Origin: a virus
Strand: one strand, 5' to 3'
Virus record (IMG/VR): IMGVR_UViG_3300028535_000001
DNA length: 64,000 nt
Shown here: positions 57,204-64,000 of the stretch, in pieces
Layout: each line of letters opens with the position of its first letter
Position numbering within the stretch: the stretch's first letter is position 1
Position numbers and translations under genes: made by a program
Notes under the pieces: generated by a model
Seen by the model: the letters and a program-made list of their open reading frames with translations, nothing else
Databases searched by the model: none
Told to the model about the DNA's origin: nothing

Positions 57204-59354
57204 TTAGTCCGTTTGAATGATTGTGATATTGTTTTGAGTAGAGCTGCTACCTACATCAAGGTGTTGTGCTTCAGTATCTTGTAAAATCTGTATGTCTGCC
57301 TCTTTACTAGTTTCAGTTTTTACATAAGCTCTATGATTGTCGTTGTATCTATTTAATATTGTGTAATCACCAGACGTTGAGGCAGTTGCGTTAAAGTCGT
57401 TATCTAACGTTGATACTCTTCCTGTAGAAGTAATACTTGTTGACACACCACCACTTGTTGTAGTTAAGGTTTGAGTTACATCTCCAGTACTATAATTTAA
57501 AACTTCACCACTAGCAGTTACTTGCGTTTCTGAACCACTATTATCAACCCACTCCGTACCACAACTTGATTGAGCATTGTCCCAATAGTATCCATAATTT
57601 AAACAATCTTCTTTATCATAACTTGCTAATAACAATTCTAATTCTGCGTCTATGTCATAGTTATCTTCAAAATCATACTCATCTTCCCAATTAGACTCAT
57701 CATCTTCATTATTGTAATCGTAACCTGTATACCACCAATCATACACGGCGTCCCAATATATGTCCCAATCTGCCCACTCCCAATCAGTTATGTAAGTCTT
57801 CTTTAAGTCTTTCATCTTCCAAGGTTTAGGTTGGTTATCACACATCTTATAGTTTGGCCACGATCCACACCAACCATATAATTTACCCCATATCTCTTTT
57901 GATTCTTTAGTCCAACTATCGTTAGTTACTTTTAAAGTCCAATCATCTTTGTACCAGTCATTTAAATAATCAACATAATCTTGGTTACACCAATAGTCTT
58001 CGTAACCATTGTACTCACAATAGTTTTGTACAGTTAATGTTGGAGGTCCACCTTGGTTTTTGTATTCTGCATTGTTATAGTAGTCATCATCTAAAGCAAA
58101 ATCTTCCCAAGTATATCCTTCAACTGTAGTTGCTTCTGTTTCATCTTTTGTATCTTCAACAACATCTTGTTCATCTACATCAACATTCCAAGAAGTTAAA
58201 CCATAGTCTTCTAATAGATCATTATACTTGTCCGAATATTCGTCCCAATCTACAGCGTCCCAATCAATAGTATCCCAATCAATAGTATCCCAGGTACAAT
58301 CTGAACAACCAATAGCGTCAAAGTATGCTTGATCCATTTCTGCATACATTTTCTTTGCGTCATCCCAATCCATAGTTTGCTCACCTTCGGCATCCCAAAC
58401 TGAAATCTGGTTGTCTTCATCTATATAACCCCAATCTTTTAAATCATCTTCCCAAGAATCATAATAAGATGTATCAACTTCTTCTACTTCAACTAAAGTA
58501 TTTTCTTCTGCTGATTTTGTTTCAATCATTGTATCTGCTTCACTAGAAGATAAATCTGTACCAACAATTGTATTACTATCTTCTACTATACTTGCTTCTT
58601 CATTAATTAAAGCCTCTTCCATTTCTTGTGCTTCTTGTTCGTCTTTAGACATTTCAGATTTTGAATCTATATCACCAAAATGTTTTGCTGTATCTTCTTT
58701 AATTTCATCTTCAAATTCATCTAACTCAATAATGTCTGACTTATTAGTCTCTATCTTTGGAGGAGTTGGTGTTAAGTCGTTTGATACAACTGTCACTGAA
58801 TTGTAAGCGTTAGTTATTGTTTGAGAACCTGCGTCATTGGAGACCGTTACCGACCCTACTGCACCATCACTATCTGGTAGTAAGGTAATTGTAACCTCAC
58901 CACTAGTGTCAACTGTTCCTGAAAAGGCAGTACCTTGTACTGTAATTGAGGCAAATCCAGCATTGATGTTAACTTCACCACCTAAATTAGATACCTGTCC
59001 TGATTCATATGTAAATGTACCAACGTTAACTGATATGTTCATTGCCAATTCAATTGGTACAACCGATGTATCAAAAGCAAACTCATCAATTATTAATTCT
59101 GTATTTGGTCCCATTGTAAATTTAGTATTATCAAGGTAATGAATAATCATACCACCATCTTCACCAGTTTGGAGGAAATCGTTCATCTGCAACTCATAAC
59201 CCATTGCTGTATTTTGAGTTTCTCCTTCTCTTTCGTTCCAAGTAGTACCCATTTGGCCTATGACTTCGCCAACTTTAGGACTTGTTATTTGTGATGATGA
59301 AATACTAGTACAGAAAAGTACCAGAAAGGTAATAAAAAATAAAATTCTTTTCAT
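57204..59354 (-). CDS. Exported FecR-domain protein with long acidic W/D/Y-rich region
   Basis: Signal peptide; DFLQTG..DNTKFTMGPNTELIIDEF..ASITVQGTAF FecR pattern; ends NNITIIQTD. Confidence 0.8.
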   Translation of the reverse strand: MKRILFFITFLVLFCTSISSSQITSPKVGEVIGQMGTTWNEREGETQNTAMGYELQMNDFLQTGEDGGMIIHYLDNTKFTMGPNTELIIDEFAFDTSVVPIELAMNISVNVGTFTYESGQVSNLGGEVNINAGFASITVQGTAFSGTVDTSGEVTITLLPDSDGAVGSVTVSNDAGSQTITNAYNSVTVVSNDLTPTPPKIETNKSDIIELDEFEDEIKEDTAKHFGDIDSKSEMSKDEQEAQEMEEALINEEASIVEDSNTIVGTDLSSSEADTMIETKSAEENTLVEVEEVDTSYYDSWEDDLKDWGYIDEDNQISVWDAEGEQTMDWDDAKKMYAEMDQAYFDAIGCSDCTWDTIDWDTIDWDAVDWDEYSDKYNDLLEDYGLTSWNVDVDEQDVVEDTKDETEATTVEGYTWEDFALDDDYYNNAEYKNQGGPPTLTVQNYCEYNGYEDYWCNQDYVDYLNDWYKDDWTLKVTNDSWTKESKEIWGKLYGWCGSWPNYKMCDNQPKPWKMKDLKKTYITDWEWADWDIYWDAVYDWWYTGYDYNNEDDESNWEDEYDFEDNYDIDAELELLLASYDKEDCLNYGYYWDNAQSSCGTEWVDNSGSETQVTASGEVLNYSTGDVTQTLTTTSGGVSTSITSTGRVSTLDNDFNATASTSGDYTILNRYNDNHRAYVKTETSKEADIQILQDTEAQHLDVGSSSTQNNITIIQTD
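58243..58292. repeat. 15-bp tandem repeat x3 encoding WD[TA][IV]D
   Basis: tcccaatcaatagta twice plus a degenerate tcccaatctacagcg. Confidence 0.8.
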
Positions 59355-59356
59355 TT

Positions 59357-60448
59357 TTAACATCCATTGGAAACCGTAGCCGTAACATCAGCTGATTGTG
59401 TGTTTCTATTAAATGAATAGGTACAAGAATCTGAACCGTTTTGTGCAAAGTTTAATGTGTAATCGTAAATTGAATCACCTGATATGGTAACTTGACCTGT
59501 GTTACCACCACCTGTTTGGTCAAAATTTATTACCGAACCATCTGTATAAAGATAAATCTTGGCAGTATTATTTCCACCTGCCATATGTAATCTTATTGTA
59601 TTACTATCTCCAGATATGTATGTTCTTAAATAGTTACCGTCACCTAATATCAACATTGTATCTCCATATGGATCAGTATCGGCACTAGTATAACTAGAGT
59701 GAATATCTAAAATATTTGAACTACCTATAATATCGTGGAGTTGATAGTTACCTGTACCGTATGATGAAGTATGTAATCTATTGGAATTCCCAATAATATA
59801 AATGTCTGCTGTAGCGCCTTCACTACCTGAACTATCTGCAAATTGTCCATGTGATGTTGTTTGTGGACCAATAGCCTTGTTAGAGTTTGTATTAAATCCT
59901 ACTGAATCAGTTGTACCATAAAATTGTACATCATTTGAATCACCTGACATAAGAACATATAAGAAGTGATTATCACCTTTATTTCTTACCCAAAAAGTAT
60001 TTGAGTCACCTGTAATATCTAAATCAACATTGAAATTTGCTGTATCATTTGCCCAAGTATCATAATCTACTACGTTTAAGTTACCTGTAATATCGTGGTC
60101 TAAATAATGTCCAGTAGCATCCGTATCATCACTATCTATTCTTAATTTATTACCATCACCAGTTGCTGTATAATCTAAAGTCATATTCTCACCTTTAAAA
60201 CTCACGTGATTTGAATAATCTGTTACGTTATTATTACCTATTTGTTTAATAATGATTGTGATGTTCTCTCCATCTACTTTAAATGGATAAGATGTAGAAT
60301 ACCCTACTGTATTACCAGTACCATCTTGTTTGATAAAAATTGATCCGTCGCTATCTTGGTTGTCTTGTTGAATCCAAACGGAATTGCCTGCGAAACTGTT
60401 AGTTAGTGTCGCTAGAAGAATCACTATTGACATCATTATTTTTCTCAT
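59357..60448 (-). CDS. Secreted curlin-like beta-solenoid repeat protein
   Basis: Signal peptide; many IxQxGxxN / IxGDSN repeats at about 23-aa spacing; C-terminal Cys pair. Confidence 0.72.
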   Translation of the reverse strand: MRKIMMSIVILLATLTNSFAGNSVWIQQDNQDSDGSIFIKQDGTGNTVGYSTSYPFKVDGENITIIIKQIGNNNVTDYSNHVSFKGENMTLDYTATGDGNKLRIDSDDTDATGHYLDHDITGNLNVVDYDTWANDTANFNVDLDITGDSNTFWVRNKGDNHFLYVLMSGDSNDVQFYGTTDSVGFNTNSNKAIGPQTTSHGQFADSSGSEGATADIYIIGNSNRLHTSSYGTGNYQLHDIIGSSNILDIHSSYTSADTDPYGDTMLILGDGNYLRTYISGDSNTIRLHMAGGNNTAKIYLYTDGSVINFDQTGGGNTGQVTISGDSIYDYTLNFAQNGSDSCTYSFNRNTQSADVTATVSNGC

Positions 60449-61385
60449 CTGTATTCTCCTCTTGTTCTAATTTTTTTAATTCTTCTTTTTGTTTAAGATA
60501 ATCTTCATAGGTTTTCTCTTTTTTCTTCTCACCTATATCCACATGTACACCTATTTCAACATCATTTGTATGATCTATATAATCTTTAATCTCTGGTATT
60601 GTTACTTCTTCTATTTTATATGCCCATAAATCTTTTATAATACCTTTGTGTATTAAATCTACTACACCTTTTTCAATTGCTTTTCTTATTGCAAAGGTCA
60701 CTGGTTCGTTTCTAGCATAACCAGCTTCAATCTCTACTAACATTGTATCTGTATCAAAATATTTAAATACATCTGATCCAAAAGCTGTAGAAACTATAGT
60801 CTTTTCAATAGTAGTTACTATAACTACCTCACCTGTTTGTACATTAACCAATCTTAATATAACTGTAACAATATCTTGTCTGTATTGTTTATTAGCTTGA
60901 ATACCTAATACTCTTGCACCTAATCCACCAGATTTAATATCACTATCATAACCTACTATACCACCTGTGATATATGCACCTGCGAATAACAATGGTGGTA
61001 ATGGTTCTGCACCTTCTCCATTAATTTGTTGTCTTGTAGACCTAATTAGTTTTCTTTCTTGTAATAGACTTGGTAAACTTGTTCTCTCTACAACTCTAAA
61101 CCATTTGCCATCACCTGCGTCTTGTAAAGCTTTAATTAATAACTGATATGATCCTTGAGTAACCGCTGTACTCATTGAGGCAAAGTTACCACCTGGTTTC
61201 TTTTGACCAGTCATATCAACAAAGTCATAGACAGCAATTATAATAGGGTCACCACTAGGTGCCTTAATTTCTGTTAAATCTTTATAAGCAACCTTTTGTG
61301 TTCTTATATCAAAATTTACTTTGTTTGAACCAGCACAACCAACTAACAAAAATGTTAGTAATATTACTGATAATATTCTTATCAT
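60399..61385 (-). CDS. csgG: Curli secretion channel lipoprotein CsgG
   Basis: Lipobox LVGC; AVYDFVDMTGQKKP, STAVTQG, WFRVVER..LLQERKLIR, GGIVGYD, NEPV. Confidence 0.92.
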   Translation of the reverse strand: MIRILSVILLTFLLVGCAGSNKVNFDIRTQKVAYKDLTEIKAPSGDPIIIAVYDFVDMTGQKKPGGNFASMSTAVTQGSYQLLIKALQDAGDGKWFRVVERTSLPSLLQERKLIRSTRQQINGEGAEPLPPLLFAGAYITGGIVGYDSDIKSGGLGARVLGIQANKQYRQDIVTVILRLVNVQTGEVVIVTTIEKTIVSTAFGSDVFKYFDTDTMLVEIEAGYARNEPVTFAIRKAIEKGVVDLIHKGIIKDLWAYKIEEVTIPEIKDYIDHTNDVEIGVHVDIGEKKKEKTYEDYLKQKEELKKLEQEENTDEKNNDVNSDSSSDTN

Positions 61386-61849
61386 TACGAATTGTCTTCC
61401 TTCGGCATAGTAAATGTTGTTACAGTGCCATCTGATTCAGTTACAGTTACGCTTACAGTATCATTTGTTCCTGTAGTTGTTGTTGCCCAAGTTACCACTT
61501 CACCACCAACTGGTGATGTAAATGTACCAGAGTCTTGTTGTAGACCATCTGTACCAAAAACGTTATCTGTAAGTTGTTTTGCTAATGCTGTATAAAATCT
61601 TGCTTCAACATTTGCTTTGAATTTTGCAACAGCAGTTGCCTTTGCGTCAGCTATTAGTTTATCAGCTGCCGCTTTGTTAGCTGCTTTGATTGCGTCTTTT
61701 CTAGTCTTCTCTATGTTCTCTATCGTTAGATAGTGTGATGATTTTCCCACTCCACTAAATGATGGACTGTGAAATTTAAAACCTAATTCACTTGCATAGG
61801 TACTAGAACAGAACAATAATGTTATTAAAATGATTGATAATTTTTTCAT
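61385..61849 (-). CDS. csgF: Curli assembly protein CsgF
   Basis: Signal peptide then ASELGFKFHSPSFSG, similar to the CsgF N-terminal channel-binding motif; next to csgG. Confidence 0.8.
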   Translation of the reverse strand: MKKLSIILITLLFCSSTYASELGFKFHSPSFSGVGKSSHYLTIENIEKTRKDAIKAANKAAADKLIADAKATAVAKFKANVEARFYTALAKQLTDNVFGTDGLQQDSGTFTSPVGGEVVTWATTTTGTNDTVSVTVTESDGTVTTFTMPKEDNS

Positions 61850-61870
61850 ATTCCCTCTATTTTACACCAA

Positions 61871-61878
61871 TATTTATA
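61871..61878 (-). promoter_or_regulatory. Late promoter TATAAATA for the csgF-cyclase operon
   Basis: Exact motif 21 nt upstream of the csgF ATG. Confidence 0.75.
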
Positions 61879-61934
61879 ATAACAGTGTGTTAAATTATCA
61901 AATTTCTTTGTGGGAATCGTATAGGAAATGATGG

Positions 61935-62096
61935 TTATTTACTTGTCAACTTATTAATCAGTTCAAAGGCTACTTTTATCTTCTCTTCCAGTACCTTAAT
62001 TCTATAATGTGCTTGTGCTAATGTAACTATTAAAAGTATAAACGCCAAGAATATTGGCCATAACTTTGTTAGCAATATTATTGCTTCTGAATCCAT
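61935..62096 (-). CDS. Small single-TM coiled-coil protein (53 aa, not in ORF track)
   Basis: MDSEAIILLTKLWPIFLAFILLIVTLAQAHYRIKVLEEKIKVAFELINK. Confidence 0.55.
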   Translation of the reverse strand: MDSEAIILLTKLWPIFLAFILLIVTLAQAHYRIKVLEEKIKVAFELINKLTSK

Positions 62097-62228
62097 AATT
62101 ATTTAATTAACTTGGAGGTCCTCCCAAAAGGGCAAGTAGAATCATTAGAATAATTAATATTCCTGTAAAATAGTAATTCATCCTGGCGTTCTCCATAGTT
62201 TTTTATCCTCATATTATTATACATCTAT

Positions 62229-62516
62229 TTATATATCTTCTCTGACAATATGCTTTCTTAATGCCCTTACTAGTTCTTCGGTCTTATCTACAACAGCATT
62301 TAAACCTTTATCTTGTATTCTCATTTTTATCATTGCTCTAACTAGTTCTTCAATTTTATCTATGATAGCAATTAAAGATTTGTCTGTGATATAATGGTTT
62401 TTTTCTCTTAACTTATCATATTCTTTTAATGGAATTGTGACAGTTCTTTGAGAAGTTATCTCATCTTCAAAACTTGCGTCTAAACTTCTTTGTTGTTCGT
62501 CTGTTATATGTGCCAT
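62229..62516 (-). CDS. Hypothetical protein with internal duplication
   Basis: ITDKSLIAIIDKIEELVRAM / IQDKGLNAVVDKTEELVRAL repeat. Confidence 0.6.
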   Translation of the reverse strand: MAHITDEQQRSLDASFEDEITSQRTVTIPLKEYDKLREKNHYITDKSLIAIIDKIEELVRAMIKMRIQDKGLNAVVDKTEELVRALRKHIVREDI

Positions 62517-62519
62517 AAT

Positions 62520-62942
62520 TTACCTCACTCTTTTTCTATTATTTATATGTGCCTTCTCAACTAATTTTTTATTTTGACCATAATATGTTACAGCATGTCC
62601 TACTTTACACATTAATTTATTAACAGATTTACCATCAAGCCATACATCACCAAGTATTCTTCCAAACTTACCTGTTTCGGAATCTCTGTATGTTTTGATT
62701 GAAATCTTTGTTGCTTTTTTGATTTGTTCTTGTAAGAATTTTTTAGATTTTAGTCCGTATTTCTTCTCAACTAAATCTCTTGTTCTAGATTCTGGTGTAT
62801 CTATACCAAACAATCTAACTCTTTGTGCAAATAGAATATTAAAACCCATATCCAGTATTACATCTATTGTATCACCGTCTACGATTTTTGTTACTCTTTT
62901 AACTCTGTAATTGTAATCAGTTTTATCACCTAATTTAGCCAT
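62520..62942 (-). CDS. Thermonuclease (SNase-like)
   Basis: KIVDGDTIDV, RVRLFGIDTPESR, GKFGRILG; start after AAGGT SD. Confidence 0.9.
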   Translation of the reverse strand: MAKLGDKTDYNYRVKRVTKIVDGDTIDVILDMGFNILFAQRVRLFGIDTPESRTRDLVEKKYGLKSKKFLQEQIKKATKISIKTYRDSETGKFGRILGDVWLDGKSVNKLMCKVGHAVTYYGQNKKLVEKAHINNRKRVR

Positions 62943-63089
62943 AATATACCTTTCAATTTTATTTATGCCTTTGGTCCCAATTATAAGGGTTGACCTCATC
63001 AGCAAACTTATTAATTTTATAAATCAAATATATGATAAAAATAATGTAACCTAAAATGTATAACATTATTCATATTTTCCTTTTATTTT

Positions 63090-63527
63090 TTATTCCTCTT
63101 TTTTATGTTTTCCTAATATCTCTACTATTTCCCAAGTACCATCATTATAATGATGTACTCTTGCGTCAACTAAATCACACATAAATGCTAATGATTCACC
63201 ATCTATTTTATAAGTTATACCATTTATTTCTACACTATCTGTTTCTTCTGATTTGTTTCTCCACTTTTTCTCTACTTCTCTTTTAGTCTTTAAGCAATCG
63301 GACATTGAGTTAGCACCTTTATGGTCTATCAATGAGCCATCTGCAAATACACAAACAGCAAATACTACTTCTGGTTTTTGTGCGTCTCCTTCTACTGGAC
63401 AAACTTGGTGTCCATCATCTCCACAACCGGTACAATCTGCTTTAGCAGTACTGAAACCAATTGATAATAAAAAAACAACTACTATTGCTGTTGCCCATTT
63501 CTCCCAAACGTTATGAAATAATTTCAT
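63090..63527 (-). CDS. Exported Cys-rich hypothetical protein
   Basis: Signal peptide, 6 Cys, GGAG SD. Confidence 0.6.
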   Translation of the reverse strand: MKLFHNVWEKWATAIVVVFLLSIGFSTAKADCTGCGDDGHQVCPVEGDAQKPEVVFAVCVFADGSLIDHKGANSMSDCLKTKREVEKKWRNKSEETDSVEINGITYKIDGESLAFMCDLVDARVHHYNDGTWEIVEILGKHKKEE

Positions 63528-63537
63528 GTTTTTCTCC

Positions 63538-64000
63538 CTATCTTATTGGCGGTACATACATAACGCCACCGTTTTTCCAAAGATTATTTAATCCTCGTTC
63601 TAATTTAAGTGGTGTATTAGGTCCTACATTTCTATCAAATGATTCTCCGTAATTACCAACTTGTTTTATAATATTATAACCAAATTTCATACCAAGTCCT
63701 AACATTGGACCGATATAACCTTCAACACCTAATATTCTTTTAATTTCTTTTGACTTAGCAGTTAACATCATATCCACATTATACATTGTGATACCTGCTT
63801 CTTCAGCATTAACCATAATGAAGTGTGTCCATCTAACTACATCTTCCCACTCTTGGTCACCTTGTCTTACAAGTGGACCTAATGGTTCTTTTGATATAAT
63901 TTCAGGTAACACCATCCATTTACTAGGGTCGTCTGCACCTGCTCTAGCACTTGCTAAACCAGAGGCGTCTGTTGTGAATACATCACAATCACCACCAAAT
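63538..64000 (-). CDS. General L-amino-acid ABC transporter substrate-binding protein (AapJ/BztA-like), C-terminal part
   Basis: CDVFTTDASGLAS..LPEIISKEPLGPLVRQGD..VGNYGESFDRNVG..RGLNNLW..PPIR; start lies beyond the window. Confidence 0.9.
   Translation of the reverse strand, partial: FGGDCDVFTTDASGLASARAGADDPSKWMVLPEIISKEPLGPLVRQGDQEWEDVVRWTHFIMVNAEEAGITMYNVDMMLTAKSKEIKRILGVEGYIGPMLGLGMKFGYNIIKQVGNYGESFDRNVGPNTPLKLERGLNNLWKNGGVMYVPPIR

Noticed and set aside
1-64000. Genome-wide stop-codon reassignment
   Set aside because: Core genes translate to full length in the standard code, and TAA, TAG and TGA all end genes at the expected positions.

Overview
A 64-kb, AT-rich segment of a large T4-like myophage genome, most likely a marine phage of an alphaproteobacterium (SAR11/pelagimyophage-like). 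The host inference rests on a circularly permuted tmRNA with the alphaproteobacterial GGCAGUA T-loop and on GAAC-N7-GAAC LexA-type boxes. Nearly all genes are on the minus strand. Core modules: baseplate/tail (gp7 partial, gp6, gp25, PAAR, gp5, hub, gp53, gp48, gp4, tape-measure-like, gp51/gp26, gp54-like, gp2) and replication/nucleotide metabolism (gp32, gp59, gp33, RNase H, glutaredoxin, ThyX, RuvC-like, NrdA/B, gp61). Accessory regions include an Fe-S/radical-SAM island (sufA, sufB; sufE elsewhere), a glycosyltransferase island, many small membrane and lipoprotein genes, and a partial AapJ-like amino-acid-binding protein. Main highlights: (1) a late-promoter operon csgF-csgG-curlin-like-FecR-CHASE2 adenylate cyclase that looks like a phage-encoded trans-envelope secretion and cAMP signalling system; (2) three LexA-type boxes at sigma70 promoters of an apparently lytic phage; (3) a candidate programmed -1 frameshift fusing gp26 to gp51; (4) a roughly 10-fold local enrichment of GGCC around 11.1-14.1 kb; (5) candidate UGA readthrough of the M15 endolysin; (6) frequent leaderless or near-leaderless gene starts. 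All calls come from reading motifs and synteny by eye; no database searches were run.
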